DNA of 64,000 nt from Antedon mediterranea (GCF_964355755.1 NC_092677.1:1014101-1078100); one strand, 5' to 3'; counted from the first letter of the stretch, positions 26,437 to 41,215 are shown. Notes: generated by a model not told the origin, from the letters alone. A program made the numbers and translations.

Positions 26437-27903
26437 ACAACGTTAAGAGGATCGTTCTACTGTACATCTATATAAGTACATTATGCGCACACACACGGTT
26501 ATAGAAATTACATTATTTAATTAATATTATTTAACTACCATTGGTGGAAGTCAAAATAATTTGTTTTCAATTAATATATGCAGACTAACGGTTATTGTGA
26601 TATTATGTTATATCAGTTAATGATAGACTTTTGAACTCTTTATTGAGTCAATTATATTCTGTAATAACTCATCGGTAATTATATTAATTGTCTTGTTTCA
26701 TACTATTGCAATTCTACATCGAAGCAAGAGTGTCACTCACGTTTTGTAAATACTACAAAGGATCATTCATGCAGTAGGTTTTATATATAATATATTTGGT
26801 AAGCTGAAAACCTCTATTATACCAATATTGTTAGGCCTATTTATATAGAAAACTAAACGGAAACATTGTACGGTGTATTATTTCACCAATTTACTAGACG
26901 TATCGACTTAGGTATACTAAGGACGATACTGTCCCTGTAAGGGACAATTATCTACATATTCTGTTTATGTGAATAATAATCTATGTTAGTTTTTAGTCAA
27001 CTTGAGTAAATTCTGTAGTACTTCTGAAATGTTTGTTAATTTTGGTGTTTCTAGTTTTCGTAAATTTATGCGTAAGTCTATTTATAGTTTTTTGTTACGT
27101 ATTAATATATCTAATAATAATAATAATATGATTGTGAAAGTTGTGAGTGATAAACTGCTTGCGGAAACTCATTTATATATTTAAATATGCCATAAAAAGC
27201 AGAATGGTTTATACATCGAGGAAATAGTGTTAATGTTAATATAAAGATTTATAATAAATAAATATTTATATATAGTTATAATATAAATAAATGTAATCTG
27301 GTATTACATATAGGCCTGCATACAAATAGCCTACTGTATTTGTTTATGCACCCAGGACAACGTATCTGACTACGAGTTTGACTCATTAACTTGGACGCGA
27401 CTAATGTCAAATTACCATGATTAAAGATTGGTTTGCCGTTCTAAACAACGATGTGACGGGTAGTAACACATTCTGTGCTCATAAACTGTTCTATAAAGCC
27501 ACATAATAGAAAGTTAACAAGGCCATTATATATGGCTCAATTTAGTGTTTACCTACCGGCCGACCAACCGACCGACCGACATAGTGAGCTGTAGAGTCGC
27601 GTTGCACGCGACTAAAAACGAAACAGAAATGGGAAATAATTACGCGAACAGTAGAAGCGATTTAACCTTATCATAAATCAATGAAGATCTACGTTCCACC
27701 ATAAACGAAATGATCATCAGTAAATGACCATATCCTGTATAATACATTAATATAATAAATGATTATTTACCTCAACCATCAATGTGAGTACTGCATGTCA
27801 CTTTTCTATTGAGTAAATGCCTATACGTGTGCCTTAAGTAAACGATTGCATGTAATTAGAACCACAGATAGCAACAAACACTATACCACCAATAGTACGT
27901 GCT

Positions 27904-27918
27904 CACCTGTATGCAAAT
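27904..27918 (+). promoter_or_regulatory. Candidate E-box (CACCTG) + octamer (ATGCAAAT) composite upstream of family-B genes
   Basis: CACCTGTATGCAAAT ~750 bp upstream of the B1 ATG; identical at 53043 and in otherwise diverged DNA at 20648. Confidence 0.35.
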
Positions 27919-28149
27919 TACAACATAAAAAGAGAAAGATAATACTACTCATGGATTAATGAATTGCCTATTTATTAATCCATGCACTACTGCAACCATG
28001 GGGATTGTTTCAACTTTCTGAAAAGTTATCATCTTTTAATAATAAAAAAAAAATGAACAGACTGTTAAACAATATAAAAAAATATATACGGAATGAACGT
28101 ATGACGGACAAAGGATTGAAAAAAAACGGAGACATAATACCCAACGAAG

Positions 28150-28313
28150 AAAAACAAGGCCAACAGCCAATACGTCGCGTGCTACAATGCATAGTGATAC
28201 CGGACCGACAGACAGACCGATATACCGACAGACAGACCGATGACAGACCGACAGACAGACCGACCGACCGACCAACATAGAGAACTATAGAGTCGCGTCC
28301 ACGCGACTAAAAA
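28150..28313 (+). mobile_element. Short DINE-1/HINE-like element with (GACA/GACC)n
   Basis: AAAACAAGGCC...AGTCGCGTCCACGCGACTAAAAA; reverse complement of the ends of 10507-11368. Confidence 0.7.
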
Positions 28314-28669
28314 TGATGGTACAGGCATTGATGAACAAAGGCAGAAAAAATACAGAAAACGAAAAAAAAAATACACAAAATGAACAAACGAACACAAAAA
28401 TGAACCAGTGAGAGAACGAAAATATTAATCATTATTTAAATAATACTATTTTCGCATTTAATATCCGTTTTGATTAAAACGCAGGGTTTCTCTGAATTTA
28501 TCCATCATTCAGAGCAAAGCTAAACAAAAATATAATGCCTATCCAAAGGTCATATTATAACAGTTATAATGATCTTTTTTTGTAAATTTGCACCTACAAA
28601 AAAGGTGTAATAGGAACGTGTCGAAGTGGACAAGTGACGATTTTATTAAAGGAGAAAAAGACTTAAAAA

Positions 28670-31600
28670 ATGTACATTGTCTGCGTGTTGTCCTGTATAA
28701 TCTCAGCTGTTGGTAAGTACCACATTAATAACAACAACTAACGTATTCCATTATTCTTAGTATTCTTAAATATAAAAGCAATGTGTTTATTATGATAAAG
28801 AATTTCAGTCTAGAATTTATACTGACATTAAATAAACAAATAAGGATAAATTTAATCTAATAAATTAAAAAAATAATATCATCACGATATCCAATCATTA
28901 TCGTTTGCTAGTTGCCGTACAAAAGCTTACTTTTAAGCTTGGTTCCAATCAGAAAACGCAAGGACGTGGCACAATGTATCGACAAAATTTCTAGTGGGAA
29001 CCAAGCTTCATGACCAAGTGCATGATTCCGATGTCATCCTTAAGCTTTGTTCCTAATAGAAGCGCAACGCAAGGACGTAAGCGCAACGTAAGTAATTTGA
29101 CCAATCACAAGCGATGGATTATGTGAACTTTCGCTTGTTATTGGTCAACTTGCTTGCGTTGTGTCTACATCCTTGCGTTGCGTCTCTAGTGGGAACCAAG
29201 CTTTATGGTTCACCATTTACACTGCCTTTGCTGTTGTTGTCACAATCATTATTTTCATTTTAAAATTGATATTGTTATGAATACCAATATTTTACCTTGT
29301 CATTGACCATAGTACCCTTGACTGTTGCGCTAGAGGTTACAATAAGTGATGTGCAAGAATTTCCCGAGAATTCAGACGCGTTACTGGCTTGCGACTACAC
29401 ACCAACCGGTGCAACGGGGGTTGATATATCGTGGACACGAGTTAATGCACAGAGCGACATTATTAATTTAGTAGTACGAAGTGAAGTGGTTGATGAATTC
29501 AAACCACGTATGGAACTCCAGGTTTCTGATAATTTCCAGGGTAACGCTGGTTTAATAATTCATAATGTCACTAGAGAGGATGCTATGTCTTACGTGTGTG
29601 CAGTATTCTCTACTAGTGATGGTCAAGAACAAGGAATAACTACTCTACAGATACAATGTAAGTATTATCAATGCCCAATGAACACTAAACTGGTATTTTA
29701 CAAACCGTAAAAACACAGTAGTACTGTAAAGAATCTTTAACCTAATATTTGATAATACTTGGATTATAACATTTATAAGTGTGTAAACGGAAGAAACGGA
29801 ACCATTTAATTATATCATGCGTCACGACTTATCAGACCACTATAATCATCTATTATATCATGCGTCACGACTTATCAGACCACTATAATCATCTATTATA
29901 TCATGCGTCACGACTTATCAGACCACTATAATCATCTATTTTTATTATCAGGAATGCTGATTCTATCTTTTTTGTCTACATCATTGAAACTATTTTTGAT
30001 AACTGATAATGTAGTTTAATTGTTTTGAAAATACTTAATAACTTTTATTTGTTGCCTTAACGCAATTGTGCTTGTTTAAAAGTTGCATATTCACACAGTC
30101 GTCAATTGTTTTTTTTTTCAGGGAATTACAAGCCACAAATTACAAGTGATCCAGCTCCATATTCTTTGCAAGTTGGTGACAACGTAACATTTACGTGTTT
30201 ATCTGAAGCCAATCCTACATCAGAAATAGCATGGTTGAAGAACAACGTTACCATCGACATGGATGACAGATTCACAAAGAACGAGAATGCATCTACTCTG
30301 CACATAGATGGTTTAACTCGAGATGATCACGCCCTCTTTAGTTGTAGTTCAAGAAACATTCGAAAGGAAATCTTGAGTGATCAGATTGAACTAAATATAG
30401 AATGTAAGTGCAGTATACAAAGTAAAACATAATTTATTGTAACCATGTAAATCCTGCAGACACTGAAGACATTTATATGGCACTAAAAAATCTTAAAAAA
30501 AACAAACCAATCATTGTCATTGAAGAACAAGATATTGCATGTTCTATTAATCTATGAGATTAAGCTCTAATCCATTCTATTTGGTATTCAATCTATAAAT
30601 CAAAAACTAAATAAAGAAATTAGTAAATACGATAAAAACTACTCATTCTAAACATTAAAATATCACTATCCGTCCCATAGCTATAAATGAATAGTTTGTA
30701 TTTTTGTTATCTCCGGAAGATCAATAATATTGGCTGTTTAATGCATGCTTGCTTTATACCAGATGATCCGCCGTTGAATAATTCCAGATATAATAAAGCG
30801 AAGGTAATTTCCAAAAAGACAGATGCTTCAATTACAATTATTATTTCATTTGATTTCATTTATTGTTTTCGACAAAACGTTCGGGACTTTGAAAGGGAAG
30901 TTCCAGCATACAAATTACAAATATTTATTAACATGATGAAGATACATGTTTTAACAGATAAACCAGAGATGTATTTGAACCAGACTAGCAACAAAGTGGA
31001 ATGCACCAGTGACGCGAATCCAGCAGTGTATCAGTACGAGTTTGAAGTAGACGGTAAAGTAGTGAGGACAGCAGACGACGCAGTGTACGAATTGAAGGGA
31101 ACTGAATGTGTTAATATCACGTGCTTTGGTACTAACAAAATAGGAAGAGGCAACGCATCGGATATCGTGTGTCCTCTGTGTAAGTTTATACTGCCTAAGT
31201 ATCATTTAGTATCTACATTCTATTGGCCTAGATTCCAATTCTAATCGACGGCTACTCGATATTGATTAATTAAATTTAATCTTCTTATTTATAAGCAAAT
31301 ACTAAATACATAGATAAAACATTATTCAGAGTGTAAACGGAACAATGTTATTATTGCACTTGCACCACCTGATTGATCAGACTGTTATAATCATTTATTA
31401 TTGTACTGAATGCCAATTCTATCCTTTTTATCTTCATTATTTTAAGTAGCTGTTAATGCTTTTGTTTGTTTGTTGCTTGTCAGTTGCTTCAAAACACAAT
31501 TATGCTAGTTTAAAAGTTGCGTTCACACAGTCTTCAATTGCATTTTTAGGGAATTACAAGCCACAAATTACAAGTGATCCAGCTCCAGATTCTTTGCAAG

Positions 31601-33259
31601 TTGGTGACAACGTAACATTTACGTGTTTATCTGATGCCAATCCTACATCAGAAATAGCATGGTTGAGGAACAACGTTACCATCATAGAGATGGATGACAG
31701 ATTCACAAGGAACGACAATACATCTATTCTTCACATAGATGGTTTGACTCGAGATGATCACGCCCTCTATGGTTGTAGTTCAAGAAACATTCTAAAGGAA
31801 ATCTTGAGTGATCAGATTGAACTAAATATAGAATGTAAGTGCAGTGTAGTAAAACATATTGTAACCAAGATAAGGTATATGAATTGAAAGGAGCTCATGA
31901 ATGCGTTAATATCACGTGTTTTGGTACTAACAAAATAGGAACGAATAACGCATCGGGTATCCGTTCGTTGTCCTAAATGTAAGTTGATAGGCCTCTATTG
32001 GTTCACATTTAGAATTTAAAGATTCTATAGATTCCAAATCCAATCAACGGTTAATATTAATTAACTAGCCTTAAAGCCCTTTTGGCTTATTTATGTTTCT
32101 CCGGCATAAGTGCATTCTACATAAAAAAATAACTGTCATGTTATTTCACAATGATGTATCTTATGAAAATAAAATTGAATTGATTTGAATTATTTCGTTA
32201 TTATTATATAATAAATAATTTATTATGTTTTATTATTTATTATTATTATATTATATTTATTAAATTTTTATTTACTTTTTGGAAGAAGTGGGAGAGGGGT
32301 TAGTTAGAAAGTATATCGAAATCAAACATTCTGAAAATATAAATATTGTTATTATTATTAACTGGCAATTTGTTTTTATACTTCAATGTAGGAAATATTT
32401 TTACCGTTTGTCAGATAATTTAAAAAAAAGGTGTATATGTATGTATGTTAGCTTAGGTCTACTTATAAAAAAAGTAGTATAGTATATACACTGGCCTAAC
32501 AATATTTTTTTTTCGGCAGGTGAATGTCTAACTGTTGAATGGCCGACAGTTTATCCAGAGCCAACAGTAGAAACATTGAGTTGGAAGACAAGACTGGTCA
32601 TCGTGAATGTTTGTGTTGGAATGCTAATTGGTGCCATTGTAATGTGTATTGGAATGTTTGTCTATAACAGATGTTATATAAGAGGTTTGTCGCTTTATAT
32701 TTAGACGTATTTTGGTAACACGTCAATGTTTATTTTAAAACATTCATGTCTCATGTGAAAGGTAGATACATAATTCACTCCCATGTTTACACAAATGTTT
32801 ACTAAATAATTGTGTTTGTTACTATTCTGTTGGTATTTGATATATTTTATTACCTAGATACATTTTGTCTTTATTTTTAGAAAACACGAAAACGAAAAAA
32901 CAAGACGTAAGTGTTAAAATATTGACTATTGATTGTTTTTATAAATAATTGCCAACAAAGAAAAAAAATAATCATGTTGATTTTAATTGGAGAAGGTTAG
33001 AAACGTATACCTTTGAATATTGACAAAACAAAACAACAAGGAAGTTTCCGTGAATATTATTTATGGCTCAGCCTGCTAGCCTATTATTATTTATAATAAT
33101 GACATTTGAACTTTCGTATTTATCTTGCAGATGTATATGAATTCCATAGTAAACGACTCCGACAAAGACCATTATGACGACTTACAAAACAAATTAGAAA
33201 TGCCGGCTTATCACAGTGTTATTAGTATGATACAAAGTTCTGTCTACAAAAATGTGTGA
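28670..33259 (+). CDS. IgSF type-I receptor B1: leader, V-set, I/C2-set, short Ig, duplicated I/C2-set, Cys-containing stalk, TM, four-tyrosine tail
   Basis: Exons 28670-28712, 29313-29657, 30122-30403, 30958-31179, 31550-31834, 32520-32684, 32881-32906, 33131-33259; open frame; tail MYMN..HYDDLQNKLEMPAYHSVISMIQSSVYKNV*. Confidence 0.87.
28934..29203. mobile_element. Two adjacent MITEs with AAGCTTGGTTCC../..GGGAACCAAGCTT terminal inverted repeats
   Basis: Short copy 28934-29008; full ~160-bp foldback copy 29042-29203. Confidence 0.75.
29809..29940. repeat. 43-bp intronic minisatellite, 3 copies (4 copies at 55253-55430)
   Basis: Unit ATTATATCATGCGTCACGACTTATCAGACCACTATAATCATCT. Confidence 0.9.
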
Positions 33260-36200
33260 TGTGCCCAAATATGGTAGTAATATACTTAAATAATATGGTA
33301 GTGATATGACATCATCATGTCCATATGGGCACATCACATAAAGTCTTATATGTAGACAGAGCATTAGAAAATACGGTAATACAATACAAAGCTTAAAAAA
33401 AAAATAAAAATTAAATGAAGGAAGGTATCACTACATACTCTAGTCATCCTCAAGTTGATACACTTAAATTGTATATATTACTATAAGTGGCATGTTTAAG
33501 TATATCTGTACCAGTAAGAATGAGTCACGTCGTCGGTATTCAGTTGAAGAATACGACTTTTAAAAGCCCATTGTTGGTTTTATAATAATTATATTACAAA
33601 GTTTGTTACAGATTGCACAATACTTTGCAAAATATTTAACTTCCTTGTAGGGATGTACTAAACATTTTGTACACACCAGCGAAATTGAATGTACAAGGAG
33701 TGAAATATTTCAGTTTTATTTCTTCTTTGATGAAGAAGTTTCATATTTTGCATATTCAATCAACTTTTTCTTAAATGATTTTTCTGATATGTTCACATCT
33801 GCTTACAAAATAAGTATGAATAACGACTATATTGAAGCAAGAACGAACGTAAACCATGGAGATATAAAAATATGCGTAAACCGAACCCAGTACCATTTTG
33901 ATTTAATTCAGGAAACTACCTCGTGCCATTATTCAGATATATTGACAGTTTTGATTGATATTCACATGAAAATAATATTGAATTAGCAAAAAAAAAACAT
34001 AACATAACCATGTGGAGGTAGTCATGTTTACTGCAGTAAAATAGGCCTTTTTGCAGTAAGTATGTATCATCATTTGTTGCTGCTACTTAGGGATGTATAC
34101 CGCAACATGATTGATCATATTTCAATATTGATTTAATGTACACAGCAACACGGTAGACATTGTAACGATGGTTAATCTCATTTATTTATACAAGTAAAAA
34201 AAAACACATACATGGTTTAGATTTGAGGGGTTAGTTAAAACACAATCAGATTTCAGTTAGTAAAATTAGTTTACATTAATTAAAGTTTGGTTTAAAAAAA
34301 ATACAAGTAAACACTGAACATTGTTAGTAACCTTATTACATAATTCAATTATGTAAAAAAATAATGATGAGTTAAAAATTGAAGCTTAATATTCTTCTAA
34401 TATTTCATTATACTTACTTACATGTCAGACCATGAAGATAACAGCATTTATGTCTTATGTGAGTTTACTTACATGTCAGACCATGAAGATAACAGCATTT
34501 ATGTCTTATGTGAGTTTTAAACAAAATTATAAGCATGCACTAGATAAAAAAACAAAGCAAAGGAGATATAGTTATATAACAAAGAACATTATGTTATTGA
34601 TACAAAACATAGGCTAAGATATAAAATGTAACATTGTAAATTCTAATCATTAATTCGTATTGTATAATTTTTAATTTCTATATAATATATTTTGTTGATA
34701 ATATCTACCAAATGTATTAACTATAATGTCAGTCATTATACCATAGTGTAAAAATTAAATTTGTATGTACAAATTTAATCGAAATACCGAAAACTAACCT
34801 ACTAAAATTACGCTAACATTAATGTTACATTGTCATTATTGTTTAATGACCGTATATTTATATATGACTTTACTAATTATGATCATTTGTACATCAAAAC
34901 ATTATACTTTGTGACAACTCTATTACAATAATTATGAATTCCTGTCCATTTTGTATACTCATAAAATGTCATGTGTTGGAATTTACTTTAATTTTACATT
35001 TTAATTTCAAACTGAGTTAATGAAATTGAAATCCAATCTAAAAAATAGAAATAATAAATTCCATCTAGAGAAGGGAGCCCTCATTCAGAATGATAAATCC
35101 TTGTGATCTTTCAGGGGTCTGCTAAATATTCTACGAACCCTAGAATCAAATGTCACTCTGGACGCTTGAATACTGTGTCTCTGGTTTTGTGCGAATATTT
35201 TCATCCTGTTTACCAGGATTGTTAAGATCCAGCTCAGCATATAGCCAGTTGCTCTACGTTCTACATCAAGCAAATAGTACAATTTAAATATAATTATGAT
35301 CCTAATTATAAATATTTTCAGTATTGTTTAGGTCCAATGTTTGATGGGTGGCGTTATTGGAAAAACCGTTGTTGATGCCAAGAATTTGTTAAAATTACAC
35401 GTCTTTACTTACAGCACCAGATTTCTTTGAATCACTTGGTTTCGGCTTTTGGACGTATGCAGTACCATAACCACCAGTTAAACCTATTAATTCAGAGGTG
35501 TCTTTTGTGGTTATTACATTTCCAGCGGAGGTCCTAACCAAGTAAATGAAATTACATGAAATGGAATTATGTGATAATAATGTATGTGCAATTACTAGTA
35601 AATTATAGAATGAGTGCATAATAATTAATAAAAATACAGTACAGTATTTACATTTTGTTACCTGTGTTTTTTTTTTTATAATAATACTTACACCCTCTCA
35701 CTGAAACAATATTTTTTTCCTGTAAGAAGAAATAGCAAAAAAAAAATAAAAAAATAGTGAGATTAGGAAAATGCAAAAATTAAGTTTTGGCGAGAGGAAA
35801 AACTATATTTGACAATTCTGCTTTTATTTTCTATGGAATGGAGAGATTGTTTTCTTATATTCAGTAATTCATTAATTATAATTTCCTGTTATTCGTTTCA
35901 CGGGAACGTCTCTTCTTAGTTAGGGGTGTACACTGAATAGGGGTGTCCTACATAGTTTAATGGTACTGAGGTATAAGAAGCCCACTCATAATTATTTAGA
36001 ATACATTTTACGAAAGGAACTACTTCACTACTACTAGGTTAAGTTCACACCAAAACATTACTTATCATTTTTATTAAAGGTGTTTGTGGAAAGCCGATTT
36101 ATGATTGATTTTTTGAATGGGATACATTTTAACTGAATTACTTTTTCTTATTATATTCTATGAGATAATTATTCTAAAAAAAATATTGAAAAGGATAGTT

Positions 36201-37489
36201 TTCAATTGGGTAAATCTTCAATTACAGTATCTCATGTATGTAGATAAAATTGCCAGAATATTTTTAAAGGGAATGTTTAAAGTTTTACCTTAATAGCCTA
36301 CCAAAATTAGATATCCTGTAACACAGGTCTAAACGCTACAATAGAAGAATGCTACAGTATTCTTCATTTGAATTTTTGAACCTCCTAAATGCTTTTAAAC
36401 CTTAATAGAAAACGTCATATTCAATTTAGTAATTTTTTATTATTAATATTCACACATTCTTATCCATAACTTTATTCACAAACATGATTTTTTTTAATAT
36501 AAAAACTATATATATATCAAATATTTTTTTTTATTAATAATGTATGTTTTTGTTGTTTAGTAATGTATTTTTGTTGTTTAATAATGTATTTTTGTTACAT
36601 TAAAATTGTTTCACTACTGATATAACTTATAACTCTTGTTAGAGGACGTTTTTCTTGTTATAATTACCGGTACGATTTTGTAGACAATATTCTTTGTAAT
36701 TTGCAGATACACACTATTTAAAGGGAAATGTTATTATTGCTTTATGTTAATTGAACTTAACATTTTCGCAGTATGTAATATGTGAATAATTGATTATTAT
36801 CCTATTTATATTATTGTTTCTTAGATTAGTAGTAGGCCTACTTTATTGGTATACATAACACCTGTTTTAAGGTCAACTATTCATTTTTCCAATTGTATAA
36901 GTTAAAACTATTAACTTACTACCAAAGATAAAGCCAAAATATATAGCAAGCACTATCAATACAATCGTTACTGGTATAACAATTCCAACTGTAAAAAATA
37001 ATATAAATTATTAAGTAAAAACAACACGACATAAAATTAACTCTCTTAACTTTTGCTTAACATAACATATATATTTTATGGAAAGGCAAAAAATGTGATG
37101 AAACAACCGACCATACTCTGTGCATTGTATCTTTAATATTTTACACATTACGTCTTATGTATATAATTCATCAATTCTTACGATACATATTTATGTTCAA
37201 TGTTTATTCTCCATAACCAGTATTGCTAAACTAGTTGTTTAAAATAGATGCTCAGCTGAGTAGTTGGTAAACCTTTTATCATAAATTAGTTTTTAACCAA
37301 TTTATATTTTCTGAATAAGACTCACCTATAAGACCAGCACTTCGCCCTTCACTGGGATTATAGACATCACTAGCTGTAATATAAAGTTAAAATATTCTTG
37401 TGAAAACTTGATGCGGTACTAATCAAACGGAAAAAAACCCACAAAAGTTGTTTTATAATAATTATTTTACATTCTGTGTTATAAATGAT

Positions 37490-37733
37490 GATAACGATGA
37501 CAATTTTGAAGTAAATGGAAACTTCAGACATATGGCCATCGTGCATTTTCCTGTGCAGCACCCATTTTGTGGAATAAACTGCCAATCGACATAAAGACAT
37601 CTGAAAACATCTTTCAAAACACGACTAAAACCCATTTTTACACAGAGGCATTTCCTGCTTAACTTTGTCAGGCGCCTTTGAACATTATTTCTATGGATAC
37701 TGGCGCTATATAAATCTGATTGATTGATCGATA
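37490..37733 (+). mobile_element. 3' end of an L2-like LINE (second copy ~62940-63185)
   Basis: Translates YGHRAFSCAAPILWNKLP; tail GCGCCTTTGA..GCGCTATATAAAT then (GATT)n. Confidence 0.7.
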
Positions 37734-37747
37734 TTTGACAAAATTGT

Positions 37748-38475
37748 GCAGCATTAGCAGCAGCATTAGAATTAGCAGTAGCATTAGCATTAGAAGCAGC
37801 AATAGCATTAGCATTAGCAGTAGCATTAGCAACAGCATTAGCATTAGCAGCAGCATTATCAGTAGCAGCATTAGCAGCAGCATTAGCATTAGCAGCAGCA
37901 TTATCAGTAGCATTAACATTAGCAGCAGAATTATCAGTAGCATTAGCAGCAGCATTAGCATTAGCAGCAGCATTATCAGTAGCATTAGCATTAGCAGCAG
38001 CAGCATTAGCAGCAGCATTAGCATTAGCAGCAGCATTATCAGTAGCATTAGCATTAGCAGCAGCATTAGCAGCATTAGCAGCAGCATTAGCATTAGCAGT
38101 AGCAGCAGTAGCAGCAGCATTAGCATTACCAGCAGCATTAGCAGCAGCATTAGCATTAGCAGTAGCATTAGCAGCATCATTAGCAGCAGCATTAGCAGCA
38201 TTATCATTAGCAGCAGCATTAGCAGCAGCATTATCATTAGCAGCAGCATTAGAGCATTAGCAGCAGCATTAGCATTAGCAGCAGCATTATCATTAGCAGC
38301 ATTAGCAGTAGCAGTAGCATTAGCAGTTTCATTAGCATTAGCAGCAGCATTAGCAGCAACATTAGCATTAGCAGCAGCATTAGCATTAGCAGCAGCAGCA
38401 GCAGCAGCATTAGCATTAGCATTAGCATTAGCAGTTTCATTATCATTAGCAGCAGCATTAGCATTAGCAGTAGCA
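37748..38475. repeat. Compound (AGC/ATT)n trinucleotide repeat
   Basis: Directly visible; intronic to I1. Confidence 0.95.
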
Positions 38476-40959
38476 ATACCCAGGTGTATACATGGGTACC
38501 CAGTTAGTTCACATCCACGTCAAATAGTGATAATGGGAAATTAAGTGTTCCGAGAGCCTTTTTAATTTAAAAGTTAGCCAGAGCCTTTTTCGATAGGCTA
38601 TAAATAGAAAGTTACCGAACATTACGAGCGACGCGAGTTCTGACTTCCGTATTTTATAGGCTGTCTAAATTTCCTTTTTAACTCGTTTATATTAAATTAT
38701 ATTGCTGTTTAATTGATTTCTGTGTATTAGGAACATTTATATTAAACAAAAACCACAACAGTACCAATTTTTGTTTATTATGGATTCATTTATTCCAATT
38801 CTAAGATAAACGTCTAAGCCAAGTGTAAGCGTAAACAAAGCGAGTCATACGACGAAAACAAGAAAGTGAAAACTAACTAGTTTGTTAAAATAGTTAACAT
38901 TAATTTGGAATTTTTAAATGAAATTCTGAAAACGGTATAATATAGTCTTATATGTATTTTCTAAGATTTCCAAAAATAAGCTTGGTGTTATTTTTCAAAC
39001 AAATTCTATAAGGAGTTGAATATAGGTCTGTTTTAAGCGAAAGCACGTTGCGCGTTGGCCTAGGGAGACGCGGCAGGGCTGGAATAATCGTTTTCTTAGG
39101 CGAAGAGAATGAGGGAAGATGCGCTTCATCATTGGCCCCTCGATTGTTATTCTTGTTAAGTGGCTAATTCATAATCTTAAAATATGAGGACAAAGGGCTT
39201 ATAAATTTTGAAATAAAGTGTTGAACTTTCATTTTTCTTAAAATTATTAAGAAGTGGGTGGGGGGGACTGTCTGCAAGCTAGGCCTGGACTGTTTAAATT
39301 GGTAAAATACTATAAAATCAATACATTCTTGGGGCTAAATAATTAATGACATTTCACGATTCCCTTCTTTTTATTATAATAATGGAGCAATAAATGAAAT
39401 ACACACCATTTAACATAAAACCTTTAATATTATCACAAATTAGACAACAAGTTTTGTACATCAAATTAACATCTTTTGTACTAGGCCTTTTTCTATTTAT
39501 ATTTATAATGATTATTTATTGCCGATTTGGAAATCACATTTAAACTTTATAACAATTACCGCACAACAACAAACCTCCGCTTGAACCTTTATATAAGTAA
39601 ATTAGGAAAATATCAAGTTTTTAAAAATTAAATGTCCTTTGGGAATAAAAATCTGTAGATATCCATAAAATTACTGTATGTATGTGTTGGTTCACATGCC
39701 GGTAAATTAATGAGAAATTGTTGTTGATTAATGCTATTTCTATTGTATTGAAGTATATGCAGACACCATAAGAACATCCCTCTGTGATCTGTAAAAAAAA
39801 AAACAACATTAAATTAATAATAATCATTATTTAGTTATATTTGTAATCATTTATTTTTATTTCCTTAGGCCTAGGCCTATAAATACGCGCGCCCGACAAT
39901 GAACACGCGCCAACAATACACGCACTACTCCACTATATAATAACAGGCTAAAGCCTAGTAAACTAGGCCTAGACTATATTGATTTTTAAATAAAATAAAA
40001 GAGGCTTTGTAACGTTTTATGATTAAAAACATCTTTCCTATATATTATATAACGTTCTTATTATTTTAAAAAGCAACATTTTTAATCTTATGGTGTAAAA
40101 TAATGATTTTAGCTACAACCATGTGTTCCATTTTCAACAGTAAAATAACCAAAAAGGCACATGTTTAAGCAGCCATTAAAAAAAAATAAAAAATAACACC
40201 AACGAGATTTTTTTATTAACTACTATTGAAAAATTAAATATCCAGAAAATATAAAACCCACCTTCTCAAAAAATTAGGTTGTTTTATTACAGCCTCAACA
40301 AATTAGACGAAATTTTAACATTCGAATACCCTAAAATTGTTTAAAAAACATCGGTGTAATTCACACCCTTGTTTGACACAGATATAATGGCTTTCTCGAT
40401 AAAAAAACAATATCACGTGGTTCGTAGATGCTGTGTCAAAGGTTTTCATGAATTATTCATTAGTAAATAAAACCAAAAGTTCCAATTGGCCAGTTTGCAA
40501 AAACTTAATATTTATTTTTAAAAACAAAGTTGCTTCCGGGTAATTGTTCACACTGTCTCGTGTGCAAAAACGATTCGCTGCCGATAGAGGGCTCACTACT
40601 TTTTTTCCCTGGTGAATTGAATGTGAGTTCAAGACACAACTTTGCGCTGATTACTAGCTGCATTATGGGAGTATGTTTCCATACGTGTTTGATCCAAAAA
40701 ATGACTGGGGTAATAATAATAATGTTCAGCGCTTAGAGAAGCTTGCTTGTAGAGCGCTATATAAGAATGAATGTTTATATATATAAAGTATCTCTTCTGA
40801 GATCCCGCCTCGTAAATAAAAATACTGTAAGATGAGGGCGTATCAATTTGATCTCTGATGCGCGTGCGTACAACTGAGGACTAGTGCTGTTCCGCCGGCG
40901 TACCACGCCGAGAATGTTAAAGAGTCGCTATCCAATCGAGTTCGAACAATACCATGAAA

Positions 40960-41031
40960 GCCCCAGTGGTCTAATGGTTAGGACATCTGCATATCAAGCA
41001 GGCAGTCCGAGTTCGAGCCTCGGTTGGGGCG
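40960..41031 (+). tRNA. tRNA-like cloverleaf, anticodon ATC (Asp-type; pseudo-tRNA or SINE head likely)
   Basis: Acceptor GCCCCAG/TTGGGGC, D GTCT/GGAC, anticodon stem TCTGC/GCAGG with loop ATATCAA, T stem CCGAG-TTCGAGC-CTCGG; TTTTT 3 nt downstream. Confidence 0.5.
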
Positions 41032-41138
41032 ACTTTTTCTCATTCTCACAGATTTCCTCATCTTTATCGTTTCAAATTAATTTATTAAATTTCAGTATAT
41101 CACCGGGCGGTTTAGAATTAATGTTCTGTGCCTGATTT

Positions 41139-41215
<77 letters not shown>

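Larger units (their letters stand above)
26388..38475 (+). repeat. Segmental duplication, copy A
   Basis: Colinear and near-identical to 50082-64000, including introns and intergenic DNA. Confidence 0.95.

Noticed and set aside
28465-28520. Hammerhead-like CTGAATGA..GAAA on the minus strand
   Set aside because: Core does not match CUGANGA and stems are poor.
37668-38544. Long Leu/Met and Ser/Ile/Ala ORFs (also 63121-63994)
   Set aside because: Stop-free frames of a trinucleotide repeat whose length differs between copies.
39621-39827. Strong minus-strand acceptor at ~39789 as an extra I1 exon
   Set aside because: No frame gives Ig, stalk or TM character, and no convincing in-phase donor was found.
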